From NCBI GenBank assembly GCA_040954595.2, contig CM082588.2, positions 6,584,202 to 6,648,201 on the forward strand: a stretch of DNA of 64,000 nucleotides, read 5' to 3'. Positions 44,128 to 56,293 of this stretch are shown one piece after another (the stretch's first letter is position 1; the number at the start of each line of letters is the position of its first letter). The notes below the pieces were generated by a model. It was not told the origin of the DNA, searched no databases, and worked only from the letters and a program-made list of their open reading frames with translations. Made by a program: the position numbers and the translations under genes. The stretch is from Balanoglossus misakiensis. Its lineage: Eukaryota; Animalia; Hemichordata.

Positions 44128-44508
44128 GAGTGAGTGAGTGAGTCAGTCAGTCAGTTAGTTAGTCACACATATATTGATGACATCGACATTACATCCTGGT
44201 GTCATTCATATACGTTTAATTTACTGCAGATCAGACGAAATGAAATTCTGTTCTTGTGTCTGAAATAAAAACCTTCGTCTTGTCCTTCTTGCTTTTCAGT
44301 GAGACCAGTGAGCCACACGGTCCCACTGGTGCAGCGACAGAACACGTTCACCAAGGAAAACCGGCGACCGGAGTCGAAGGCCCAGAAGAAACGACCGGCT
44401 CCTCTCCCGTATCAGGCAGCCGTCTACACGAAGAAACAGACCGAGGCGAAGAACAAAAAACCCATGCCTCCGAAGATGGTGCAAGTTGAACCAACGTTTA
44501 TCATATAA
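27844..44508 (+). CDS. PIDD1-like LRR-ZU5-ZU5-UPA-death domain protein (~901 aa); exons 27844-28564, 30375-30535, 30844-31140, 31340-31531, 31938-32260, 42678-43149, 43250-43322, 43593-43850, 44300-44508
   Basis: All nine exons join in frame at GT-AG junctions (2706 nt). About seven LxxLxLxxN LRRs; ZU5-A (MQLEIPPNAL...SDYIELGPSG...DHFT); ZU5-B (KLPLP...KWEDITG); UPA (NPQCIYIDC...SRDVDLVEGQ...FTGMVDF...LPFKIPK); death domain (GWKPLARKLGL...EQIYQMFAEWK...ATVEVLVGALK). Orthology to PIDD1 was not tested. Confidence 0.85.
31165..31324. repeat. Compound trinucleotide microsatellite (TTA)(TTG)(GTG)n(ATG)n filling most of a ~200-nt intron
   Basis: Directly visible between the exons ending at 31140 and starting at 31340. 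Confidence 0.97.
32284..42299. mobile_element. Tc1/mariner-pogo-type MITE ends enclosing the 137-bp array
   Basis: Left end ta-catgcaaaacctgtgttagtggcca versus reverse complement of right end cagtcaaacctgtctatagtggcca. Subterminal ggccacctctata and gaccacctgtatataaaggcca motifs on both sides. Confidence 0.6.
32357..42232. repeat. 137-bp tandem repeat array, ~72 copies, intronic
   Basis: Unit gggaacaggggaaggaagggcagttagtgtgcgacgtctcctggctacctcggcgggaccaagctcaagtccccgccgaattacagagacaacgcgcaaagtctgtgtcctttaagcaggcgcggtatataacgcat. ORF-track spacings are multiples of 137 (274, 411, 685). Confidence 0.98.
44049..44165. repeat. (AGAC)/(AGTC)/(TGTC)/(TGAG) compound microsatellite
   Basis: Directly visible; the AGAC and GTCT tracts are mutually inverted. 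Confidence 0.9.
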
Positions 44509-46389
44509 AACAGCCCTAACAGAAAAGTGGAGTTGACTTAATTAACTGGTTTGGTAGGAAGTGTAAAGTATACTTTTCTTTGGATAAAAAATGACTATGA
44601 ACATTGATAATCTGATCGCATCATTGTCTTGTTGACCTCTTGAAAATATGCTATATATGCAATACAATTACGGATATTTACATATTTATGCTAATTCGGA
44701 ACTCTGAGATTTGTGTGTACTTCTGTTCAATCGTAATTGTTGAGCAAGACGATACATCAATAATATGTTGACGAAATTTGTAGCCATGATAGTATAATTA
44801 TGATTATGTCGTTATCTATTCAAGTAATACAAGTCTAGCTTTGTATGAAATTAGAATAAATGCAGTTGTAAAAAATGTTATTGTTGGTCCTGTGTCACGT
44901 GAAAATTTCCTCTCGCATAAACTTCTGTCGAATGACGGCAGAGAAAACACGCTATCCGGAACCTCAGACCTCCACTCCTCCGCATGTCGTGACGATTTAC
45001 TCCATATTAAAGCTGTCCACACTGGTATGTGGCATAACAAAACAAGAATCGATGCGATATTTTAGTTGCCAGGGACGAAAAATCGATCTGTGCGAAGGAA
45101 GTGTTTGTCGTGTACCACTGATAACAGAAGACAATATCAGGGGACCGTTCAAACACACCACGGCGCCTGGAACACTTAAACTTAAGTCGTTTCCACTGCC
45201 AAAATTTCGTTTAATGTTTCGCCATAAACTGATGACCTCCGCCGACTTTAGCACAGTGCAGCCAGCGGTAGAATTTCGGCTGAGGGAATTGTTACGGCAA
45301 TGTGTGGTGGCGCTGACACATATATGGACCACACTATTGGCCGCGACGAACAACATGCGTGCGCATCAGGTCAGCATAAAAAACCAGTGTATGTTAGCTG
45401 TGAGTGGGGATAGGGGACGAAAACTAACAAAAGTAAGTTTATATTATGAGCATGATGGTTAAGTCGACCAGAATTGGGTGGGGTGTGGTGTCCGGGGGTA
45501 TGAATGATGGCGGCCTTAGTGACTGCTCGCAGAAAGGGGCTTAGATTGACAGGTACGCTTCACAACACGCTATAGTGTGGACACGGTTGACATGTACTGA
45601 ACTAGGCTTGTCATTTTGTTGTGAGGGGAAGTGTGAAACGGTTCTCCCTTCAACCACTGTCGGTGTCTCCTTAAACACCCGCCGTCAAAGGTGTTGATAA
45701 GTTTATCAGTGTGTGTGTGGGGGGGGGGGGTCACCTTCACCTTTCGTTGGTGTCAAACGCCCTAATCACTGACACCTTCAGTAGTGTCCGGGAGGGACAA
45801 AGACATACCGCGGAAGACTTCAAAGGACAGCTTCACCAGGAAACCCTAAACACACCACCGACAATTTGCATCTAAAGAAGCTTGTGCATTTGAAATTAAA
45901 TGTATATGTATTCTTCATGTTGTGGCGAAGAGCCCATTTTGCCATTTTCTCGGTTTCTATATTTTAACTTTCGTTTGAGATATTGTTTATACTCGTGCGC
46001 ACACAAACGCGTTCCCGAAAGCAATGCGCAAGTAACACCACGCCACGGCGCCACCTTCAATTCACCGCACTTTTCACGTGAACCCCTCGCACAAACCTTT
46101 TATTGACTTTGAATGTTATGACAAAACAAAACAAAACAAACTTTATTGCGATTTTATTCGGAGAATGTTTAAACCCCAGAGTAGTTATCTCGAGTCGGAG
46201 AGGCGTGTCTCAATGAAAAGACCTGTCAATTAACACCTGGTGTCAAAGGCGAATCGCCGTTCCTGGATTGGTTGACGAAGCCGTCACGTGGACACACCAC
46301 GTGACCGATTCAACTATAAATCTTCGCCGCCTGCAGGGGACAGATCATTCTCTTTTGATCGACTTGTCGACGAAATTGCGCTTATCACC

Positions 46390-48351
46390 ATGAGTACGAG
46401 ACGCGGTGCCTGTCAGTTGGCGATGCCACAGTATCTGTGTGTTGAGTGTCACGTGGACGTCATGCCGAAACAGGTCCTTCTGCAATGCGGTTTGTGTCAC
46501 CGTTGGCAACAGCTAGATTTCCCTCAAGGTAAGAATACTAGTACAAATGTACATTGTACTGCATGTTTTACTTGGATCACGGTTACTCTTCTAGTAAACG
46601 TGCTTGGATGCTGTCGTGTATCTGCGATTTCCATTTCCTCATGACGGATGATCTTATTTTACTCTTTTCCTATTTAATTCCAGGAATGACGCGTGGCGTG
46701 GCATGTTGCAAAGATGTTGTCCAGAGAGGAGGAATCGCTACTCGAAGCATCGCAACACAAACGGAGCAGCCAACAACATTTGTAGTTAAGGTGAGTCTCG
46801 TCTTCTGTTACTAGGCACCCAGCAACCAAGTGTAGCAAATGTCAGTCGTTCTTCTGTCGTGTAGTATTCTCAATTCAGAATTCATTCACGCATATTTTAA
46901 AAGTCCCCATCCGTAGGGAAAAACAAGTGGTCATTTCAATCAAATTTACCACAACCAGTTTAATACATTTCCTTTCAACCACTTGACTGAGCTATATCCT
47001 ATCGACAATTTCAGGATGAATTGTCGATTGCTGATCGTCCAGTCACCGAGTGCCGTCTTCTGCCAGGCCAGTCATCTACTGGGTCGTCCTCTGTCTCCAT
47101 GGTAACAGTGAAGCGGGAGGTGCAATCAACGCGCGTAGATACAACATCGAGTCTCCAAGGAAACGATCCGGAATCATCTTCAGATTCTTCAGAGGATGAA
47201 GATGTCCAGCAAGTCCCATCGTCACGTGTTATTACGTCATCAGGTGTCCGCGGGTTCTACTCAGACTCGTCTTCAGATTCATCTTCCGATGAAGATGTCC
47301 GGATGCATGTCATGAGCGATTCAGACTCATCTTCAGATTCTTCGGATGACGAAGATGTCCGGACGCAACCGCCGCGCCCACTTCCAACGCAAGGTGTCCC
47401 GACGCGTGTGGTCGTTCCCCTCTGGTCTTCAGATTCGTCTTCCGATGAAGATTTCCAGATGCGACCGCCGCGTCCTGTTACTCCTGCCCGCACGAGCGAT
47501 TCGGACTCATCTTCGGACTCGGATGATGATGACGATGTGCAAATGCCAGCTACTCGGCGTGTAGTACTCTCTTCAGATTCTTCTTCGTCGTCTTCAGAAG
47601 ACGAAGATGGAGACGATGTACGGCGACTTGAATGGGAGATGCTTAATTCCAGTTCACTATACAAAGACTTGAAGTTCGAGGTAATTGAAGGGTGTACCCA
47701 GCGAGGAAAAGACATGCTTGTGGATTCCTGGGGCTACATTTATACTGTAAAAAAAAGAAGCAGAAATTGTGTACAGTGGCAGTAAGTAAGCTTAAATTAT
47801 TTGTCGCTTTATTTTGTCAAAACGTTATATTTTAGATTCTTTTGCTAGCTTTTGAAAGTGTTTTATCGTTATACCCCTGACGCCGTGTAAATGGATGAAA
47901 CATTTGAATACATTTTGGTTTTGGGACTATACCAACACAATTCCATAGCAGTATGCCTTTGAATAGCTGCCAAATGTTCGAATAAATGGACTGAGCATTT
48001 CTTTTTTTCTCAATTCACAGTTGCCAGAAGGGGAAAACTCGCACTGCTTGCCTCGCCCGTGTGTTCCAGCGCGGGGAGGACTTTCGGCGAGGCCGCGTGC
48101 ACGACCACTCGCATCTGCCGCAGCCCGGCCAAGATCTGGTCGCCGTTGCCGTGGCGAAGATCAAGGAGAACGCGGTGAAGAATATGCAGGTATCGGCGAG
48201 GAAGATTGTTGAAGACACCCTGAAGGCGGAGTTGATTCCCGGCCGCCCAGTACCGACGCTACCGAGTGTGGCTGCACTGATTCGCCGAGTTAGCACGGCA
48301 CGCCAGATGCACAGACGAAAAGGTATCGTGACGACCTCCTTACCCAGATAA
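46390..48351 (+). CDS. MULE (Mutator-like) transposon-derived gene: truncated PHD-like finger, Ser/Asp-rich repeats and FLYWCH zinc finger; no DDE domain seen
   Basis: TATAAA at ~46315 and ATG at 46390. Exons 46390-46528 (CVECH...LQCGLCHRWQ), 46684-46790, 47015-47781 (SDSSSDSSDDEDV repeats; FEVIEGCTQRGKDMLVDSWGYIYTVKK...VQW) and 48021 onward (HCQKGKTRTACLARVFQRG...HDHSH) join in frame. The 3' end is uncertain. Confidence 0.7.
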
Positions 48352-48824
48352 CGTCTCTTGTCCACTAATCAAATTATGTCAACCAAAATCAGAACTTTGG
48401 GGATGGGTAGGAATCACTAAGGTTTTTTCGAAGTAGACTTTAGTACTGAGACATTATTTTATGCTGTGAGACAGTTGAGCCCTTATGTGTATCTCTGTAT
48501 AAATCTGCGTTTCGGTATTTGACTATTTATTTATTTGCAGCTTTTTGGATGTTATACCTGTATGTGTCGATTTTCTAGATACCTTAACTTGTTGAGTTCA
48601 ATCGTCAGTTGATGTTGCTACCATCGTCTACTTAAAGCATTTTACCCGTATATTTGTAGAACTTTTAATTGACCACTGCTTTTATATTGACCCCACTTAA
48701 ATTGTATTTCTTGTTTGAATATTAAGAGATTTAGTTACAGTAAAGCCCTTGATTACAATTTTATTGTGAGAGTCTCCCTTGAGTATAATAATTCACACTA
48801 TTAGAGAAAACCTCTGGTGGTTGG

Positions 48825-51292
48825 TCAAACATTGTAGATTACATTTAAACACAAAAACAAGCAGAGAAAGGCTTTCCAGAAGTTCGCGGTCAGGGACACA
48901 GCGGCATCTACGTCAGTGGCCAACAGCTGCTTCACGATCTCCATCGATCCGTTGTTGGGGGCGGGCTCTAACTGCAGTATTTGGCACAACAGTGGGTAGA
49001 TGTCGACTGAATTAAACGGTTCGCTGGTGTAACCTCTTTTGAAATCTGGTCCAGTTGCAACGAAAATATTCTTCATGACCATTTCCTGGTTATCGAAGCC
49101 GTGACCTCCGACCTGTCCATTGGGCACCCATCTCTGAAAGAGCGGAGAAATCACGTGATGAAATTAAGGTAGTATGTCACAAAGCGTTGTATTACAATTT
49201 GAGAAGCATTATGGTCGCTATTTGTAATCACCGTTAATTAGCAAATACGAGGTGGGAGATTAAAAACCTATAGCTACAGTATCACATTTCCGATCTGTAC
49301 TAAGCTTTATGAAAAGGCATGGTTTGAGGGGGTTCAGGTGTTCTCTATCATGAGAATATGGCGTTAAAATCGTGCCAAATTAATGTTTCAGTTGTGTCGT
49401 TCTTAGAAACTTCATGCAGAGAGCCGAAAATACGGATTGATGTTATAGATATAGAGTATATTATACATGGCAGTTATAGACATTGAACTAAAACGTAATC
49501 CCGTTATTGCAAGAGAATTGTGGTAAAATTCATTACCGTGGCTATCTCCCAGGGTCTATCTGTTATCGCGAATATTGGCAAAATTCGATAATGGTCTCGG
49601 TAATGGAATCTCTCCGGGATGTCCTCCTTCAAATACACCGACATGTTGGGGTGGGCATTCCTCAAGTTCTGGAAGATCGTGTCGAGTTTGCCTTCCACTG
49701 GTTGAATCATCGCCACGGGGCCGTAATCGGCAATCACGTGATAGGCGTCGTTCGGGTCGATGTGGTCGTAGAGCTCGACCTTCATGTCGTCGAAGATGTC
49801 GGACATCCCGTGGTCGCTCACGACGACGATGTTGACGGTGTCGGCCAGTCCGCCCTCGTCGAGCTGTTGCTGGAGATAGCCGAGGGTGTCGTCGCACTTC
49901 CGAACCATGGCCCGCCTCTCCTCCGAGTCGACGCCCTCGTAATGGCCGACGCCGTCCGGTTGGTCGAAGTACATGGTCACGACATCGGCGTCGTCGTTAA
50001 GCAACCAGCTTACTACGGTGTCGACGCGTTCATTCCACGTGGGAACATCTTCATCCCGGTTTCCAATGTAAACATTCGGATAGAGTCCCTGAAAAATAAT
50101 TATGTGAACATGTATGGAACCTCCAACGAGAAATCTTGTGTGATGTCCATCATATTCTTGTATGAATATTCGAGCCATAATTCCACATGCAACTGTATGT
50201 GAAAGTATATTGGTTTCCAGCAATGTTTGCCATCTTAGAGGGTAAAATATGTTTACTAACTACATGTACTAGTACATGTATTTTAAAGTAGTATACATAT
50301 TTTGAAGAAATTCAACTCAATATATCGTTTACTACGCCCGCGTATATGTACATGTATTTGAACTTGTCAGGACCTTGCTCATAACACGCACAGATATATT
50401 TTTATTGTATATTCGGTCGTAAAAGCAAGTCTATTCACCATAATTTCCACGTCTCCCCCGAAGTAGAAATGACTGCCGCTTTTCTTGCCCTGCAGTCTGG
50501 CCGTCTGCCATATTGGCTCGGCTCCCATATCCCACCACTTGGACTGGTTCCTCGTCTCGGCGGTGATCGTTTCGTTGAAGACTGGATCGTACATGATGTT
50601 ATGTACTACGCCGTGACTCTCGGGCCATAAGCCTGTGTAAATATGAACAATAATGTATATATTGGAACTTGAAAACCAAGCGAACAGATATGACATGTTT
50701 TAGGCATTTACAGGTGTTACCAAAACAACGCGACACTTTTTTTTTTCACTTTACGGTCCCTTGATATGAGTCTTAGCCTACATGCAATATTTTTCCTCCA
50801 GTCCGCATAACGCCCTCTGATTAGGCCACTACAAGCCCATGATGAGTACGTATGTCCACGGGGGCGGCACAGGACTGGGCTAGTCTTGGGGTTAGGCACA
50901 GTACCTATAGGCCTTAGGCCTAGGTCAACAGAGATAATGTGGGTTAGGGTAAAGTTCCTATGCACCGGTACACCCCGACAGTCAGGGTATGTTCCTGTAC
51001 GCACTGTAACAAACGACCCAGGCCCCGTCCAGTGCCACCCGTGCGTGCACCTACCTGTAACTATGCTGAAGTGTGACGGCAACGTCAAAGTAACAAACGC
51101 TGGCGTCATGTATGGTGCCGTGACGCCATTTGCAATCGCTGCATCGAAGTTAGGTGTGTCCACATCTTCGAGGTAGTCGTAGCGGAACCCGTCGAACGAC
51201 ACCAACACTACCTTACTTCCCGCGGATGCCAATACTTGGCACACCGAGAATGCCATTACAGTCAAAATCGTAAAGAAGCATTTCTTTGCCAT
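48825..51292 (-). CDS. ENPP-family ectonucleotide pyrophosphatase/phosphodiesterase (ENPP5/7-like), 4 coding exons
   Basis: Signal peptide; VVLVSFDGFRYDY; catalytic TLTLPSHFSIVTG; YFDQPDGVGH; VVVSDHGM; GGHGFDN...IFVATGPDFK...PAPNNGS; hydrophobic C-terminal tail (GPI/TM-like). Confidence 0.93.
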
Positions 51293-51931
51293 GGTCGAAG
51301 TTAGTTTCTAGGGTAGGCAAACTAAATTTTGATGTCAAGAAAACTGATAAGATAGGCCTATTAACAGTCGTTCAAAGGTCGCCTGTCAGACAAGCGTATT
51401 TGATTGCAGTGGTTTAGTTTTCAGAGGGAGAGAGAGAGAGCATCCGACCGGGGCCTAGGTCTATAGTCAGTAATTAATTAGCCTACAGTTCGCTTTGGAA
51501 AATAGGCCCAGGCCTACTGCTGTGTCACGGTCTAGGACTGAAGTTATATTTTGTCAACTTTGTCTACACGTATCAATCACGCTAATTTACTTTTTATTAA
51601 TATGTCAACCATGTCGTAGACTTGAATATAATGTCGGGATACATTGCAATAAATTTCCAGTCACGGAACTACATCTCTTTCAGAACTTTCTCGCAGTATT
51701 CACGAGGAGCATTGATTATCTCAGCTCCGTACCTGGCGAACAAAAGCACGCCCTCGGCGACCGATTTTACACATTTGTTTGTTCGTCGTTCCTTTGCTCG
51801 AATCCGACTCAGAAACATTTGCGCACACACGTTTGTCGGAAGTCTCAAAAGTGCTGTACGTATTTTACTAAGTCTCCCGAATTTTCAACGTCAATCTCTT
51901 TCCGGGTAGCGAATCTAACTACACAGGAATA

Positions 51932-54352
51932 ATGCCGAAAAATAAAGGTACGTAAGATTGATTTGCTTCTAAGCGATCAGACGATCGGAGCAGAATGGGT
52001 CGAATTTTCCGATCGAGTTTGTGTACTGAGGGCTGTAATTTTCTAACCTACAGACTACAGTACACGCCATATTGAAGTGGTTTTTATTTCGGCCTTTTTA
52101 TTTCGTGTCTGCATTTCAAAATCACAATGTCGCGTGTTTCTTACGATTTAAAGTACGTGGCTAAGGCGTGTCCCTTACCCTATCCAGTTTAATCAAGTTT
52201 TCATGTCAAAGAAAGGCTTGGTTCGTTCGTCGAACCCAGCCATGTTCATTTCATGCGTTTTATTGTTACAATGACGACAATCACTAGGTCAACCAACAGC
52301 TGACCATGTACATTTCAACTTCCTAGTTTCTGACAAATGAAAATTGCCGATTTCGTCTTAAATCTGACTGCTGTACAGCGGTTGTTTTGGTTCAGTCATT
52401 CGGATGTCCCCACAAGACTTGTGTGACGTCATGTAGATTTCGAAATCACATCAGACTCATGACTAAACTCGAAAACATTGTCATGTGCGTCACGAAACCA
52501 CGCATACATTATATTGCGCAATTTATTCCTTTGTTTACCGTCTTTAACAATTAATGGGCCTACCATGGTGTGGTTGCTATATATACCAAAACCAGATCAC
52601 TTGGATATCTTATCACAGATTTCTGTATTATTTAAGAGTTCAAACTGACCTCTGAATGTGTTGTTTGTATTTCAGGTAAGGGAGGTAAAAACAGGAGGAG
52701 GGGAAAGAACGAAAATGAATCTGAAAAGAGAGAATTGGTTTTCAAAGAAGACGGACAAGGTACGTGACTGCTGCAAATTTGATTTTTAAAGGGGCAAGTA
52801 CAGTGCCCAGGTGTGTTTTGTATTGCAACGCGTGGACTTTATTAACTTATTCATGCAAATGAACATCTTTATTACGTACATATATCAGTGCCAAAATGAT
52901 GCACCCCTCACCCCCAACCCTTTCACCCCAGTTCCTTCTTTAGACGCCTATACTTACCATAGAAAACAATTGGACGGAACTATGGTGGTGAAAGGGTTAA
53001 AGGAGTTGATTTTATTCCATTATCCTTTAATTCCTCTCAGAAGAACTTGATTTTACAATTGTGTCTTTTTTATTTTGTACACAGAATATGCTCAGGTTGT
53101 GAAGATGCTGGGTAATGGTAGACTTGAAGCGCTGTGTTTTGATGGTGCCAAGCGACTCTGTCATATCCGAGGAAAACTTAGGAAAAAGGTATGCAAGTTC
53201 TCTTTGTGTCCTTGTGGTTGCCAAATCTTATTCCTATTGATATTTTGGGACACACATATCTTTGTGCCTCTCTCACTCTCTAACCTTTCAGGTTCACTAG
53301 AACTATTAAAGAAAGTAACTGAGTACAATACATAAAGGCCAACTACAAGATCAGTGTCCTTTTGTTTTGCCAATGGAAATCAGGGGTGAACATATTTTCA
53401 GATCCACCAACTCCTTGGCAGGTGGAAAAATAAATCTTTCTTACACAGTCCCTTGCTCACCAACCTTGTCAGTTCATTTCAGTGTTAAGCCAAAAAAATT
53501 GCTAGTCTGTCAACCTAGTCAGACCAAAAAAGTACTAGCCCATTCATAAAAATGACTAGGGGATATATTGACCCCCTGATATGTACTCTGTGACTCCCAA
53601 CAAATCTGTCCAATCAGATTCATGCACTCTGTAAAGTCGGCCAATAATCTATGTTGATAGGTGTGGATCAACCAATCAGACATCATCCTGGTGGGGCTGA
53701 GGGATTTCCAAGACCAGAAAGCGGACGTCATTCTGAAGTACACGCCGGACGAGGCTCGTAACCTCAAACTCTACGGAGAGCTTCCGGAGACGGCCAAGAT
53801 AAACGAGAACGTCGGCCCCGAGGAAGGAGAGGACGACAACATCACGTTTGACTTTGATGCTGACGCAGATGTGGATGAAATTGATGATGTGAGTTTCTTT
53901 ATCATTATGTGGCAGTGTGGTGCAGGCTATAAAAAGTCAATCTGGTATTCCACCTGGATTTGGATCACTTCAAAATTTATGAGAGTTTCTGACAACTCTT
54001 AGAAAATGAACAATGTCGTTTGCAACAGTGATGTGAAGTATTGTTTTGTAGAGGGCATGGTGTATTTGTATCCAACTTGTAAAAGATATCAATGTGAAGA
54101 ATGGGTATTGGAGTGTGACAGACCTGCCTTCAGGATAGATCTTAAATACTGGTTGCTATACTGACCTCTCAACATCATACACTCCTGAACAAGTTACTTT
54201 ACAAAGTGATATGTGTACAGAATATTGGGGTCTTTGTGTGTTGGCACATGGACTGTTCACTCTTGTCTGTTGCTGTTGCCCTACATTCACAGTAATCATT
54301 GTAACAATGCAATAATTTTTTTTTTCAATTTCTCTTAATGTTTCAGATTTAA
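51932..54352 (+). CDS. EIF1A: Eukaryotic translation initiation factor 1A; exons 51932-51947, 52676-52759, 53085-53188, 53661-53888, 54347-54352
   Basis: [54 protein letters not shown]...[18 protein letters not shown]...DEIDDI-stop. Confidence 0.98.
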
Positions 54353-56293
54353 ACGAAGAAGAAAAAGAGCTACAATAGATTGTGTCGTGTGGAATGAGGA
54401 GATAGAGTAAGGACAGTAGACTGATATCAACAAACAGGCTGACCTATTCAACGTTTATTCATGTTCAGATATATACACCACCGGGTGTATCTCTGTACGT
54501 CAGTGTGTTTCATATCAGCTATTGTCAAATTGCCCCAACAAACACAGACAATTGACGCCAGGTCACAAGGGACCAGCCTTGTTTCAAACTGGTGTATTTT
54601 TCCTCCTAATCTATCTTGCAGCAAGCTACATGCCTTGTATCCAAATAATGTAACTTGCTCAGGGGCCCTCTAAGGAAACAGTTCAAAGGTAAACGGGCGA
54701 TTTCAACGTAATCAGATAGATATATATAGATATCCCATATAATGTACTGAGCCTATGAAATATATGAATTCAATGCTACCAATCATTTGTTAAGTATAAG
54801 GTAGTACCCAGGATGTGTATCCATGGTACCCAAACCATTTACCTATATTCCTCCTGTAGTCAAAACCCTGAATTAATTTGTGTCATGATATAATTTGTAC
54901 TGAAGGTATTTAGAAGTAAATTTCACTTATAAACTGTTATTTACCAGCAAGATAGAAAAGCATTACTTACCAATATGGCAGTCCTATGTGATTTCTCACA
55001 TGGCTTGTTTCGTGTTGGTAGATTTCCTGATTTCTTTGTTTTTATTTTTAATATTAAAATATTTACGAAGTTTGATGGATGTCAGATTGAACTTCGAGAA
55101 ATGGAGATTAATTTCTCATAAATAGGTTGTAATATTTTTATAATGCGATTGAATTATTAGTTAATGTTAATATACTGTGTTTACATGCAAATTCACATAA
55201 TGCTGCACGCTAGCCCTTTTGGTTGCACTGGTTCATGTACGTACTATCTTCAGCTGTCCACGGCATTCAATTCTTGTCTTTCATATGTTCTTGCAGTACA
55301 CAATGGTACATCTCATTAAAGAATAAAAATCAGGTGTACTCTGGTGGAATTAGGTTAGATAATATTTTAACTTTTTTCGGACATCCCAGGTTCAGAAGTT
55401 TATGTATTCTGGGCTCAAAACAACAGGAAAAAAAGAGGAAGAAATATTTTTTGTACAGTTTTGGTTTGAAAAAAAAAATCAAACAAAAATTGCTAAAAAA
55501 TCATCAAAATATAAAATTCGAAGAAACTTTTTACAAAATGTGTACTGTAATTTTTCTGACAATATAGTTGTAGGAATTTTTTTTTCTGGAATTGAACATC
55601 TTTGTGAGAGATGACAAAGATGCTAGTCTCTTCATCGGGCTCTAGGACTGACACCCCCTGGGCATTTCCCTTCCTCACTCTGGTGAGTGGGAAAGATCCA
55701 GATGGTATCTGTCTGGTGGCCAACTGCGCCGATGTCATCAATATTGGAAAGTGGAGCTAGGCCCAGCTCTCGATGGTGTTACACTTTCCGGGGTGCGGTT
55801 AATGTCGAGAAGATCTCTTAGTCTGTAATTTATTGTATTGCGAATAATAAACAACTAGAAGTTTGCTCTACGAGTTTTGATGTCCTGTATTGTTTTGTAG
55901 TGTCAGCGTTTTTTTCATCAATACCATACGAAACCTTGAGATAAGTGATGAGGTGTGATTACTTTATTTATACATGTATATTGCTTTGGTGTATACACTT
56001 TGTTGTACAATTATGTCGACTAGAAGTATACTTGGATCAGAGAAATAAATATGGTATACTCTCAACTTCATTCACAGCTCCATCCTGCAGTTCAAATATG
56101 GCAGTTTACGAAACCTCAAAACAGTTGAGTCAAAATAGTTTTCTGACTGACAGTCGCACGTGAAACATGTCAGATCACGAATTACTGGAACAGCCAGAAG
56201 TTTCAGCCATTCTAACAGAAACTGCATCCACAAATTTGACTGTACTGTAGATTTCAACTGGGTGAAATGTGAAAAATCTTTGTCCTCGACGAT

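Noticed and set aside
44875-45462. 195-aa ORF as a transposase
   Set aside because: No recognisable domain or DDE motif, and no convincing TIR pair could be identified around the FLYWCH gene.
49507-50202. 231-aa plus-strand ORF (also antisense ORFs at 27700-28515 and 59879-60497)
   Set aside because: Antisense shadows of GC3-rich exons of ENPP, the LRR gene and ZDHHC.
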